A DNA stretch of 64,000 nt from Lama guanicoe (taxonomy: Eukaryota): NCBI GenBank assembly GCA_013239625.1, contig MU053513.1:826370-890369 (forward strand), read 5' to 3'. The number at the start of each line of letters is the position of its first letter. The first letter of the stretch is position 1. Made by a program: the position numbers and the translations under genes. The notes under the pieces were generated by a model. That model saw only the letters and a list, made by a program, of their open reading frames with translations. It was not told the DNA's origin and did no database searches. Below are positions 51,101 through 64,000 of this stretch, one piece after another.

Positions 51101-51320
51101 ATTAGTAGATAAATATGTCCAAAAATTTTCAATAGAGGAATTAGCTGTTGTTTTACAGTCCACAATGTCTTTACAGTTATCTTTTAAGAAATCAGATGGC
51201 TGCTTTAAGAATAAAGAAGAATGAAGTTAATCTGAGGTTTTAGATTATAACCCATAATACACTTTCATTATTATGTTGAGGAAAGAAAACCTGTCTTATC
51301 AATTATTGGTGATACTTTTT

Positions 51321-51420
51321 ATAATTTTTTAAATTGAAGTATAATAGATTTACAATGTTGTGTTAATTTCTGGTGTACAGCATAGTGATTCATTTGTACA
51401 CACATACTTTTTCATATTCA
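51321..51420 (-). mobile_element. 5'-truncated L1 3' end (related, older artiodactyl subfamily)
   Basis: TTGAAGTATAATAGATTTACAATGTTGTGTTAATTTCTGGTGTACAGCATAGTGATTCA. Possible TSD TTGGTGATAC (51306) / TTGGCAATAC (51421). Confidence 0.75.
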
Positions 51421-53644
51421 TTGGCAATACAGTTTTATAAAAAGATTCCAGCGATTCATAAATTGTGATCCAAGGACTTAGTACCAATCAATAATGCCTT
51501 AATATTTGAAGATCAATTCCTTTATTAATAGGAAAGAAATTATCCTTATAACAATAATTAAAACTGAACGATACACTTAGAAATATGGTACACTTAGGGA
51601 GGAGACTTTAAAATAAAATTTTGACCTGTGATAAATATTCAAAACTAGAATATCAAGTACGAATAATGAATATAGGGGAGAAGAAGTGACTATTGTTTAT
51701 TTCAAAGTAGATTTCAGCAAATGAAGCATTACAGTGGAGACCCACTTGGGAACTCTGTGCCTCAACTTTTTAGATTCAGCTACTGCTGACAATTTCAACC
51801 GAGACTGATCAAAAGTAGAATTACAGTTCATTGGAAGGGGCATGGCTATGGCTGTAGCAGAGCCTCTGAGGAAGCCGGCCCTGGGATGGAATCCTGGTTC
51901 TGTCATTTATTAGCTGTCATAGTTGGACCAATTCCTATATGGTGTACACGTAATCAACTTCAAAATATTTTTTAAAGATTAAAGAAGAGAATACGAATAT
52001 AGCACTTAGCCATGTTACTGGCCATATAGAAAGGCCTCAGTAAGTGAAATGTTATTAATATAAATGTTAATATTCGGTCACTTCCTGCCAAATTGTTTTT
52101 GGTAAGCTCATTTTTTTTTCTACTTTTCCAAACCATCCAGAAAGTCAGATTAAGATCATCTAGGCAGCCAGGCTCTGTCAATAAGGTTACACATATAATA
52201 ACAAAGTACTCCTCTGCTTTTCCCAGACTCCGTGAACAGCCAGCACCTGTGAGCACTTAACCTCACACCTAACATAAGGGTCTATGATGTCTTACTTGTT
52301 AATGGTTTATTAATTCTCAACTTATATTTTAGGCTTGCTGTGTCTGAAGGAAAAAAAAATAATGACTTACTTATTAGTAAGCTTTCTTTAAAGAGTGATT
52401 TTTGTTAAATTTCCTTTGTACAGTCACCTGGGTCAGCATGGTAGGAGACTGAATTTAACATAGAAGCCTGTTTAAAAAGAATATTTAGGAACTAATGTCT
52501 CCCAAATTGTATATATGTATGCACCAATAAGTAATTTTTTTTTAATGTTTAACATTGAAGACATGATACTTAATGGAGGATATAAAGTACAGTAGTAAAC
52601 AGATTTTGAAAGTATAAATTATCAGAAAACAGCTTGTTCTAGTCACTATAAATATTTTTCATAACTGATTAACAAACATATAAATATTCATATTTTTTAT
52701 TGCTTAGAAACATAGGGCTTACACGAAAACTTGAACAAATCTATATATTATGACACTCTAAATATTTTTGTTTGACATAAGAAATCTCCTACTGAAATTA
52801 GCTATTTTAACATATATGAAGATTGATAAATAAATACACAGAAAAATAGGTAAGTAATGGATATTTCTATATATGAGGTTTTATTTTTTTCATAATTATT
52901 ATGCAATTTAAAAAGAGATTTCCAGGATACTTTAGTATAAAGTTTATTAGAAGAAAAAGATATATATGTACATATGTTTGTGTGTATATAAATAATAAAG
53001 TTGTTATGTGTAATAAGATTACCACATTTATAATAAGATCCAGGTATATAATAATAGGATTAATTTGTCATTGAATAAGGAAAAAAAGTAGGCTAAATAC
53101 AAATTCAAATGAAAAGTCATCCTTTTGAAACTAAATTTCAACTAAATATATTCTAAAAGTCAAAACCAAACTTCTTAGCACTTGGCGAGTGGTGAAAATT
53201 CCTATCAGTCTCTCCTAAGTTTAAATTTCCTCCTCCCTATTTTTTTTAATTGTCATTTCAAAATTATTTTCAGGGAGTTAATGGTCAATTGAACTTTTTA
53301 AAAATTTCCACAAATAAAATGTTTAAATCCTCAATATGATAACATTTGTTTGGTTTGTATTACTTTCATTTTGTAATTTGCCAAGAAATTATTAGGTTAT
53401 ATCTTAAATTTCTTTACTTTTTTAAAATTTCTAATGTATTTTTCAACTTTTATTTTAATTTGTCAATATTCCTAAATTACAGACACACAAAAATGCTGCA
53501 GCTATTAAAAAAATACTTTAAGTCATATGACAAATAATACCTTATCATAAGCTTCAAAGTCTAGTCTTAATTAGCGTAGATTGCTTTTTTAACAACAGAG
53601 CAATAAGATTGAATCAGATCTAATGCTTTTTTGTATAATTTACC

Positions 53645-55050
53645 ATTCATTAGTTCATGCATTCACTCACTCAAAAAATACTTGTTGAGCACCTGTAATG
53701 TAACAGGTACTTTTTAGGGTTAAATATAACGCCATGAACAAGCATATGTGGCTCTTATGGATTCTAGAAGGACTGAAAACATCAAAAACACAATTACACA
53801 AATGATTACTTAATCATCTGAGTGGTCTGAGTGGTCATGAAGACTCATAAGGAGACAATGTTTGAGCTGAGGGCTGAGGTGGGAGGTAGCCTGATGAAGC
53901 ACGTACCTGAGGATAGATATGGCAGGCAGGAACGATCAGTATATTCACAGTGGAAGCGCTAATGAATGATGAATAAATGCAAATTCTAAGAACAAAAATA
54001 AGTTGAAGTGTAGCTGGTCCAGCGCTGTAATTATAGAAGATGTATCTAACACGCTGTGGTCAGTGACCATATTTTGGTGAGATGTGAAGTACACCTCTTA
54101 GATTTACAGTCTGAACCATTGGGAGGATGTTGATGCGTTTGATAAGAGAAATCTACATAGAGGGAAGTTATGAGTTCTGTTTTGAACATAGTATGACTGT
54201 CATGCTATTCTTATATCTAGGTGGAGACAATTAAGTCTGGAACTTAGAAAAGTCTTGAATAGACAGGAAATTTTTGGAGTCATTAGCAGAATATTGATGT
54301 TAATTAATGGAAGCCATGGAAGCAAATATGATTGCCTAGAGAGACTACATAAGAGAGATCATAGAATGAAAACAAAGAGGAGTTAAGCTCAGGTTCTAAG
54401 AGACTAAAATCTTTAATCAGCAGAGAAAGGAAAATTGACATAGGAGGTTCAGAAATGTGGCCTCAAAGGTAGGGAGAACTTGTGTGTTATCATTAAAGAT
54501 AAGGAAATGCGTATTTCAAGAAAGAGGAAGAGTTAAGTTTCAAATGCTATTGGAAGACCCAGTGAAAATTGAAAAAAGTTTAATAACTATTTTAACAAAG
54601 AGTTCGAATAATGACATTAGCAAGAATTACTTGGGTGAAATTTTGGTAACTGAATCCAATCTAGAATGGGTTGAGTCATGGCTGAGAAGCAAAGAAATCA
54701 TTTTAAGTCGTATGGCTATGAAAGTAAAAGAAAAAGCTGATATGGAAATTGACCAAATGTGAAGGTTGTTGGAAAGAATTGAGTAGAAAAAGAGTAGAAG
54801 ATGACAGGAAAGAAAGAGTAGCTTCAGTGAAGACAGAAATGGAGGGGATCTCAAGCACAGGAAAAGTCAAGCTAAGTGGGAGTGTAGAACAGAGGGAGAT
54901 TCTGGCTTCTATGTGGGCATAGATGCAGGTTTGGCATCCAGAGCATCCTCACGTGTTATTTTGAAGCCTTGAGGGATGGGGGACAAAAGAGGGAGGAAAT
55001 GTGTCTCATCCAGGAAAATGACAGGAGTCTTGAGATATTGAAAAGGAAAG
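53645..55050 (-). mobile_element. L2 LINE remnant
   Basis: CATTCACTCACTCAAAAAATACTTGTTGAGCACCTGTAATGTAACAGGTACT is the antisense L2 3' end, followed by purine-rich L2 body motifs. Confidence 0.65.
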
Positions 55051-55184
55051 GATAGCAACAAAGAAATTATCCACATAAAATAACCAAGAAGTATTATGTG
55101 CCAGCGTCCAGAGCGGGATGCTAGAAGATCTTTCCAATGATGTCATAATTCCTGACTTCTCCCACAGATGAGCATCATGATTTC

Positions 55185-55545
55185 TGTCTTAGTTCTGGCT
55201 GCTATAAAAAAAAAATACCGTAGACTGGGTGGCTTAAACAGTAAGCATTTATGTCAAAGTTCTGAAGGCTGGGAAGTTCAGGATCAATGTGTCAGCAGAG
55301 TGGATGTCTGGAGAGAACACCCTTCCAGGTTTGCAGATGGCCATTTTTCTTTTGTACCTTCACGTGGTGGAGAGGGAGTGCTCTGGGAACTTTATCCCCT
55401 TAGAGGGGCGCTAATCCCATCATGAGAGTTCTACCTTCATGACCTAATTACCTCCCAAAGGCCCCACATCCAAACACCGTCACATTGGCGGATTAGGGAT
55501 TCAATATTTGAATTTTGAGGGGGCACAGATATTCAATCCATAGCA
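55185..55545 (-). mobile_element. MaLR solo LTR (MLT1A-like)
   Basis: TGTCTTAGTT...GCTGCTATAA...AGACTGGGTGGCTTAAACA...GACCTAATTACCTCCCAAAGGCCCCAC...ATTCAATCCATAGCA; about 360 bp with TG/CA ends. Confidence 0.85.
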
Positions 55546-57559
55546 GTACCCTTTACCAACATTGACTGAACAGTGCCTTGGAATTTTCTCAAGAGTAGTC
55601 TATTGATCAATAACTACCAAATAATTAGAATTGACATGGAAATCAAGCCTATTCTAACTAATGATGGTGATTTTTTTTATCCTATGTTCGTGCTATAAAT
55701 TAGTATTTTTAGACTACACATCTATGTCATTTATTTATAAATTATATTTACAGCACTCAACATTATGTAACACCCCAAAACTGAAATGGGAAAAGGAAAA
55801 GATATCAGTTAATGAAGAAATGCTAACATTTTCCTGTGTCTCAGTAGATTATTTTGCACATGCTTTGGGGTGAATTCCCCCCACTGTAATTTGGAGACAA
55901 CTAGTAATGGCGAGGTCCTCTTTGACAAGTGTCCCATGGTGGCCTGTCTTAAACGATGCATGGAAATTGTAATTCATGTGTTTTCTGTTAGGTATTGATT
56001 TATATATTGAGATTTAAAGCTCTTTGTAACAAATGTTCTTGGTAGTGAAAAAAAATCGTCTGAGATTGAAAATTTACTATTAAAAATAGCACTGACAGCT
56101 CCTTCCAAAATATCCTTTTTAAATGATATTTTAAATCATGCCATGATTTATCTATTTTTGTTTCATGACACATGTATTAAGATTAAAGTGCCTTCAAAGC
56201 ATCCTAATGCTACAGAACACCTCCCTTATGGTCAAATTCATTTTTTTAGACTTTCTATCCAATCTCTTTTGCAAAATACATTTTTTTTCCTGTTTTTGAT
56301 AATCTTTTGAGGCATGAACATAAATTGTTTACAGTCATTTTGAATAGGACACCAGCTGCTTTTAGTTGTGATGAGTCAACAACTTGGAAAATATTTGAAT
56401 TTGAGTAGAAATATAGTTTGTATTTGGATTTCAATTGTCTTTGATTAGTTGCAAAATATTATTCCATATCACATCTTTTGAAAGTCTGAATACAAGAAGA
56501 AAAAATAACCCACACTGCTTTTTAAAAAATTGACATCTTTGTTGCAGATTTCATTACCGAAAAAGACAGTCATATTTCTTCTATATCGAAACAAATATGA
56601 ATCATATTTTTTCACATATTGCTTAAGTTGTGCCACTTATGTCTTCCACCAACTAAGAGGATGGTCTTATATATAATTTTTGTTTTTCATCTACTTTTGC
56701 ATGGGAAATGAGAGAGAATATGCCTGTCGCCAATCTGGAATTGCCATTGGAGGAAGCATATTATGATAGTATGTTAGTTGTGCAAAACAACTAGAAGGTC
56801 AAAATTAAGATACTGTTGTTAGATTTATCAAATAAAGAACCAACTCTAATCTTTTGTTTATAAACATTATTCTTTGCTTTATAAAAGTGAGATATATATA
56901 TACTCGTTAAAAAATTTCAAGCCATTTAAAAGTATAAAGGAGAAAGGAAAACATCACTAAAATCCCCAACCCACCCCCCAAGCCAGCTTTTATGTGTTTA
57001 ATGAACACTATTCTGGAGATCTTTCTCTAGACACCTCTTAAAGGACATTATAGACAAAGGAAATGATTGATAAAAGATAGATAGGTAAACTATTATTTTA
57101 CCGAAAGGTGCCGCTCTTATTTTACTAGATTTAACAAAAGAAAACGAATATACAATTACAACTGAAAGTATATAATACACTGTATACCGAAAAATGCTGA
57201 CGCTTGTTTTACTAGAAATTAACAGAAGAAACTGAAATGAAACTGAAAGAATTGCTGATTGTAGATTTCTATTTTTGACCACCAGAGAAATAAATTTTTA
57301 AATAACTGTGGAAATAAAAGAAAAAGTGTAAATAGAATCAGAGTGCTGAGATAAATTTTTTAACCACTCATTTTAGTTTCAAACAGTACCAGGTTGCCTG
57401 TTGCTGTAAAAGATGAACTGATTATCATAGTAACACTTTTCCCTTCCCTTCCGTTTTTACCTGGTTTTTGTTGCTTCTCCTATTTTTGCTTTATCAAGGC
57501 TTACACTACTGATTTTCTGTTCTCCCACAATTTCTACAGAAGTTTAATCTTGCTTTTAT

Positions 57560-60350
57560 GTTTAAAAGCGTTTAGTGCTTCCCTTGAGTAACTGTCCATT
57601 TCTGGGATTAAAAACACACCTCCTCTAATTAGCTGGATTTCATCACTGAGAATGTTTTTTTCAAGAAGAATTTCTGACCACTATATTCTCTGTTCCTCTG
57701 TATATGAAAATGTCTAACAGCTCCTTTTGTACTTGAAAATCTTGCCTAGACGTACTATTTTTAAGTCAGACTGTCTTTTCATTAGAACTTGGTACACCGT
57801 TTTTTGTACCTCCTGCAGCTCACTGCTGTCATGCCAAAGATGCCAGCTAGCCTAAATTTTACCTCTCATAGTCGATGTGTCTTTCCTGTTTACATAGCTA
57901 CAATCAAAATTTAGTCAGACTGTGTGCTGAGAGACATTTTCCTTTTCTATTCGTTTTCCTTTAGTAGTACCCATCATTTTTAGCTTGCGTAATTAACTAA
58001 ACAAGCCAAAGATAATCATTATCTCTACATAGATTTCAAAATATAATGCCTTAACTGTTTCAACACCTGTCGCTCATTTTTATCTGGCTTGTCATTATAG
58101 TCCAATATTTTAGTTTGGTATTTTTTGATCCCTTAAATTAGACATTATTATTTTGAAATAATTGTATAATAATAGAAATAATAAGAGCTATAAGTTGCTC
58201 ACTTTGTGCCTGGAACTGTTCTAGGATCTTAGCTTCTATTAACTCGTATAAGCCTCAAATACCTGTCTTTCAGATGTGAAAAATTAATATAGCGCCAACG
58301 ATCACACAGCTGACTAATGACTGAATGAGATTTGAAACACAAGCAGCCAGCTCCAGAAAACATGTGCTGAACCGCTTCTCCACTGTCTCTTCGAGTGCAC
58401 TGCTGATGGAGTGATGTTATTTTAGATCTACCTGGTTATTTATCCATTTCTTTCTCACCTTCCTGTCGTGTTTACCATTCCTTCTTTCTGGGCTCCACAT
58501 TCTTTGCCCTGAAGTTCATCATTGGTAGCAAATATACAGAGTTTGTTTATTTAAAGATGCTCGTAATTTTTTATTGAACTTTATTTGAATGTAACATTTT
58601 GAGTTAACAGATAAATTTCCCTAAGAACTTTGAAGGTATATGGTACATTACTTTCTAGTCGTCACTGTTCAAAAAAGTCAGTGGTCATTTATCTTTGCAG
58701 GTCGTCTATCTTTTCTCTGTAGTTGTACGTATTAATCATCTCAGACTGCTACGACACACCACCACAGACTGGGCGGCTTAAACAACAGAAATTTATTTTC
58801 TCACATTTCTGGAGGCTGGAAGTCTGAGATCAGGGTGCCAGCAGGTCAGGTTTCGGTGAGAGCTCTGTTCCTGGCTAGCAGATTGTCAACCTCTTGCTTT
58901 GTCTTCAGACTCACATGGTAGAAAGAGACAGAGGGAGAGGGAGACAGAGAGAGACAGAAAGAAAGAGAGAGAGGGAGAGATCGCTGATGTCTTTTCTTGC
59001 AGGGGACTAATCCCATTGGACCAGGGTCCCACTGCCGAGGCCTCATCCAACCCTAATTACCTTCTAAAACCCTGTCTCCAAACATCATCACATTAGGGGT
59101 CAAGGCCTCAACATATGGATTTGGGGGGACACAAACATTGTTTATAACACTGTTTATAAGAGCATCTGTTTATAAGATCGTCTCTGGTGTTTCACAGTGA
59201 TGTGTCCAGGTTTAGATTTCTTTTTATTTCTCTGGCTTGGAATTTTATTTCCTGTATTTAAACATTCTTATCTTCAATTCTATAACTTTTTCATTTACTA
59301 ACTGTTAAAATAATGACTCTTCCTCATTTCATCTCATTGGAATTCCAGCCAAATGTTCTCTTTCATTCTTCATGTCTTAGGCCTTTGTTTCATTACCCAT
59401 CTCTTTGTTGATATATGATACACATTTAACTAAATTTGTCAGATGTAACTGTACATCAACACTTTTTTACAGTTATAGCTAATCTGTTGTGTTGCAATAT
59501 GCTAAATTATCAACTGCAACCATTTTTTAAATTCTAGAATTTCTACTTGATCCTTTTAAATTCTTTAGAGCCCTAAAAAGAAACATTTTTTTTCTTTTAC
59601 ATATTTTAAATTTCATCACTTATCACTTTCATGTTTTAAACATAGTTATTTTATGTATTTCAATAATTCCATGTATAAAAGATCCTAAAGTTCTTACTGA
59701 TTGTTCCTGCTGATCCTCAGAAATGGTGAGGTTGTGAATGTGTGTGTGTTGTTTTATTTGTAGAATTTACTATAGCCAGTCTTTCTGTTTTGGGTCCCTG
59801 TGATCCCTGTGTCAAGGATCTTTCTACGAAGGAAGAATATTCATTGGCTTCTTGCAGCTACCATGCCCTCATCACCACCATCTCAGAGTCCCTTTCAACT
59901 AGTTTGTCAGCTTGGGGTTTCCGTAGTGACAGGCATGTTATTACAGATTCTGAAATGCATCTCTGTCCCCCACATACTGCCTAGGCCAAGACAGATCATT
60001 ATTTGTGTTCCCTTTTTTCCCTGGTGAAGACCACTGTAAAGTCCATCCTTTTACTAAGTGCAAAGTCCTTTGATGTCTAAGCAGTGACTTTAAGCAGTGG
60101 TTTTAGTCTTGGCTTCATCTTGCGTAAGTTCAGCCCTTGTCTCTTCTCCCAGAGAACCCATTGAAAATCATCACCCCCAAAAAGTCCTTTGAGGCTTAGT
60201 TTTACATCCTAGTTTTTAATCTTCCTCTTCATTTTTGTCTCTGAGGATTTCTCATACTTTCTAATATGCTCAGTTTTGCCTTTAAGAGTATGATTGTTTT
60301 ACTTGTCGTATTTTATCTGGTATTTCTAGTGTCTTGTTGGAGAAAGATAT
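57560..60350 (-). mobile_element. Degraded ancient L1 (ORF1/5' region fragments), interrupted by a MIR (~58180-58390) and the MLT1A LTR
   Basis: Antisense L1 ORF1-like motifs AGAACTTTGAAG, TCTTTGCAGGTCGTCTATCTTTTCTCTG, TTTCACAGTGATGTGTCCAGGTTTAGATTTC and ATTCTAGAATTTCTACTTG. Confidence 0.55.
58728..59149 (-). mobile_element. MaLR solo LTR (MLT1A-like) with an internal (GA)n tract, nested in an old L1
   Basis: CACAGACTGGGCGGCTTAAACAACAGAAATTTATTTTCTCACATTTCTGGAGGCTGGAAGTCTGAGATCAGGGTG...GGATTTGGGGGGACACAAACATT...ATAACA. Confidence 0.85.
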
Positions 60351-60398
60351 TATTTAGTCTTAATATAGTTAGACTAGAAATTCAAAACTTCATAAGTC

Positions 60399-60627
60399 AT
60401 CTTATGACTATGAAGAAAGCTAGCCCAAGGCAAAAAGCATCAGTACTGTGGGTGACAGAGCAGAAAGAGGAAATAACCTTGGTGGCACGGTTGTGCTGCT
60501 AAATTCATCAGCCCTGTGTCACTCTACGGCTACACTTTTCCTCTTGTGAGATAATCAATTGCCTTATGATTTAAACCACTTCGAAATGGGTTTTCTTTTA
60601 TAGTCGGAAGCACCTTACATGACCTAT
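60399..60627 (+). mobile_element. MLT1-like LTR 3' fragment
   Basis: CATCTTATGACTATGAAG...GACAGAGCAGAAAGAGGAAA...TGTGAGATAAT...TTTAAACCACT. Confidence 0.5.
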
Positions 60628-61899
60628 AATCAATTTGTTTGCTTTGATTTCTCAACTCTCCTGACCTGTGTTTTGATTGTAAGGCCACGTTGGTATGAGC
60701 TGTTGGCTTACGTTTCTACACAAGAACGTTAAAGCGAGGGGCTGCCAGCTCTAACAAAAAATGACATGCGTATTTTGGAATGGTGCTTGCAAATATGGGA
60801 ACTATAAATGAGATTTTCAAGGTAAACAGCTCTCAAGCTTAGGTTTAGGATTGCAAAACGAATCAGAACATATTCAAAAATATTTAATTAAAATATATCA
60901 ATGAAAAAAATACATAAAGTTGAAAGAAGGAAATTATGCCATCATTTTCTTAGAAGATCCTGAACTCAGGAGAAAGCAAAATAGACAGGTGAGGCAGATT
61001 GCAAAGACTGAAAACAGAGGTAAAAAGTGAAAATCAAAAATGAATTATAATACAAATGGAATATTAAGTGAAAATAGTAAAATTTGTAATTGTATTAAGG
61101 ACATGAAGTGACAGAGCAGTCATGTAATAATTTAAAAATTCAACTCATTAATTTTTGTTTTATGTTAATTATTGTTTAAACAAAATTCATAACACAAGAA
61201 AGAGATATTTTAATAATTTTTAGCAGCCACTTTTATAAAACCAAGGAAAACTAGGGTTTATTTGTTTCTCTGAGACAATGTTCCTACTCATTTCAGGGCT
61301 TTTTTGAGAGTTAAAATGATATTACACAGTTCGTATGTTTAAAGATAGTAAAAGGTCACTAATACTACTACAAAAACTGCTGATAGTAACAACCAACATT
61401 TACGGAGCACCTGCTTAATTCAGCAACCTTAAATTCATTCATATTATCCTTATCAATCCTATGAGGTAGGTGTTATTATTTTAACCCTTTTATGGGGAAA
61501 AAGAAATAGTTATAATTTAACTTTTAAACCTGAATCAGTAGAGGGATAAATTGACACAAATTAATTTGAAATATTACAAGGCAATGGGCATGACATAATC
61601 ATGGCTTCCTTGTAACCAATCTTTGTCTATATTAGTCACTTCATATTAATCCGTTTTACTGTCAACAGGTATTTTTTTATTCTCTCCTCTTCGAAGTTCG
61701 CACCATAGTGTGACTGCTTTCAAAGGAAGGGCTTGGTGAGGAGCAGGAGTGAAAGTTAGAAGGCTGTTGTGGAGGGAGGATGATGCTCTCAGCAAAAATC
61801 CTGAGAGGTGTCACAAAGATTAGTACAGTTTTGGAAAATGACTATTCAGCCTGAGACAAAAGAAGCACTCGGGCTCCAGTAATAGGCTGCAGTGTACGA

Positions 61900-62178
61900 G
61901 CTGCTTATGTAGAGATTAACCTGCTCTTCTCAGACTTAAATACTGATGGTGCAAGAGGAAAGGGTTTAAATTCTAGCAATAGAAATTTAGGTTACATTTA
62001 GGGAGAGATTTTTAGAGTGAAAAGTGTTATGTACTGGAGTACAAAATTGCTGTATCTACTTTTCTGGAGTTTTTTTTTTTACAGATAGTGTAGCTCTTCA
62101 TCTTTCTGGATGATTTAAACGTGAGAGATGGACCAAGTGACCACCTCTGGTTCGTTTCTAGCCTTGTAATTCTGTGAG
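61900..62178 (+). mobile_element. CR1/L3 LINE 3' end
   Basis: CAAGAGGAAAGGGTTTAAATT...TTTAGGTTACATTTAGGGAGA...GATGGACCAAGTGACC...TTCTAGCCTTGTAATTCTGTGA, ending in the CR1-type ATTCTRTG terminal motif. Confidence 0.65.
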
Positions 62179-64000
62179 CAGTTCTTCAGAACCGCTCGTA
62201 AACTCCATTAGGCTGTAGCTAGTACTCTCAGTGGTAAGCAAGTTCCCGAAGATTTCCTCTAAATTTTCTGGCTTTACTGCATCAACAAAGCTTTAACTCT
62301 TCAGTGGCTATAAAATTTTCTGTTTTAAAAATATTAAATAAAATTCTTAATCTTAGAACTCACTCTTTGTCAGTGGAACACTTAAATGGACTTGATTTAT
62401 AGGCGTCTCCTGGAAACAATGCTATATTGTAAGAAGCAGTGCTTTTTAAAATAAATATTTATTGTGTCTATTCTTATCTGGAAAAGGCGGGAACAAAATG
62501 TCCTTACTCTTCAAAAGAAAGGCCAAGTCAAAAAGTCATACAGTAAATAAAAAAATGGAAACTCAAGCACAGCAAGAAGAAAGAAGGGAATGCCTTCCAT
62601 CTCAGGGGCACGTGCAGGGGCATCAAAGCACATGCAGATGAGAAATTAGCAAGGTTGCTGGAAAAAGATGAAATCTGAATTTTGTCCTAAAATATTAGTA
62701 TTCTTTGTTAAAATAGTTAAGAAATAATAATTTATCAGAAGCAATGTTTAATGGTTCTGAAAATGAGAGACATGAGTTGTTTTGAACATCTTCAAGTACT
62801 TCATAGATCTGGAATGTTGGCGGCAGGGGTGGGATGAAAAGAGAGATACAGCCAAGGGCTGGATCCTCGAGGAACTTCAGTATCAGGCTGTGGGAATGGA
62901 CTTAAATATCAAGCTACGGAATTTGAAATCAGTTTTGAAAACAAAATCTTTTTAAGTAGTGAGAGGACACGATGACATTTATGTTTTGGGCCCAAAGCTT
63001 TCACGACTGTGTGAACGATATTTATTTTTTCAGGTTAGGTTAACCGTTTATAAATTGTCATAAAAGTTTGTTTCTACTTCCTTAGGAAGGCCAGCCATAT
63101 TTGGGAGATAATTGTGCAGACCCTAGAGAAGTTTGTGGTGTTTTCTTCATTACGTATTTGAAGATATTTTTCATTACATTTTTCCCATACCTGATTCTAA
63201 AAATTGCCGCTGTTGCTCATGGTAAATGAAAAGTATTGACAGTCCCAAAATATTAAAATGTAGAGCATTGACCTTAGATTATCAATCTAGTATATGGAAT
63301 GGAATAGAAAAGTTAGGATAGAGAGGAAAAAATGAAGAAGGTCTTTGGCAATTGATTGCATGTTTTCTTCCTGACTCCAAGCTTTCCAGCTTCATAAACC
63401 TTGAAAAGTCAACCTCTTTGATTCTAATTTTCTAACAGGTGAAATAGAATTACTAAAATCTAACCCACAGGAATTTGGGGGAGAATCTATTGAAACAACA
63501 TATGTAAAGCACTTACAGATTTCAGCACCTGGAAAGTACTAGATAAATGTTCCTCTGCTCTTGTGCATATTTGTAAAATACACTAAGGAATTAATTGGCA
63601 AAGATTAACACAATCAAAAGGAAGTATATGTCATATGTTGAAGAGTAAGGCTATAAAAAAAGCTGATAATAAAAGCAGAAATATCTGACAACAATGGTCT
63701 GAGGGTTTACCCAGGGGAGGGATTGAAGCATTGGTTATTGCAGGCAATTTTCTACTTGGAAATTGTAGCTTTTCATCTTCCATGTTCCTGTGGGCGAAGA
63801 TAGTGCCTTTCACTTTTGCAGTGTCAGCTGTATGTTGGGCAATACATTTTTAATCCAAAAATAGTTGTTTAGGTAAAAGAACCTGTTATGCCAATGGGTA
63901 GTCTGTGCTGATCCTTTGTAGAAGGCAAGAAAATTCCCCAGGAGTACCCCAAGCTGCAGAAATCTAGGACCTGATAAGAGGCATAGAGATTCAAGTCAGG

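Larger units (their letters stand above)
35957..64000 (+). other. ADGRL4: ADGRL4 intron 2 (partial, >28 kb, continues beyond the window)
   Basis: Begins GTAAAC. I recognised no exon encoding the expected calcium-binding EGF2 (D-x-N/D-E-C...) before the window end; the sequence is repeat-rich. Confidence 0.8.

Noticed and set aside
51555..51580. AAAACTGAACGATACA resembling U6 snRNA
   Set aside because: The match is under 20 nt with mismatches and does not extend.

Overview
Mammalian genomic DNA: AT-rich, CpG-depleted and repeat-rich. It is most likely camelid (alpaca, llama or camel), judged from two copies of a tRNA-derived SINE resembling vic-1 and several short artiodactyl-type L1 3' tails. 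The only protein-coding content I can support is the 5' end of ADGRL4 (ELTD1, an endothelial adhesion GPCR) on the + strand. It comprises a CpG-island promoter (~34.07-34.53 kb), coding exon 1 (34433-34454) and exon 2 (35807-35956; rest of the signal peptide plus EGF-like domain 1). A long intron 2 follows and runs past the window end; I did not find exon 3. The first ~34 kb is gene-free upstream DNA. The rest is old interspersed repeats (L1, L2, MIR, CR1/L3, MLT1 and MER21/77-like LTRs) and simple repeats, and nearly all listed ORFs are spurious. I found no convincing novel multi-gene system. The best leads are an in-frame upstream splice acceptor that would lengthen the ADGRL4 signal peptide by 8 aa, several endothelial-type motif clusters (ETS/FOX/GATA/SOX/AP-1/RBPJ), an intronic ~86-bp duplication carrying a tandem ISRE, and a speculative piggyBac-like Cys-rich fossil. 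Repeat family names come from memory of consensus sequences and their boundaries are approximate.
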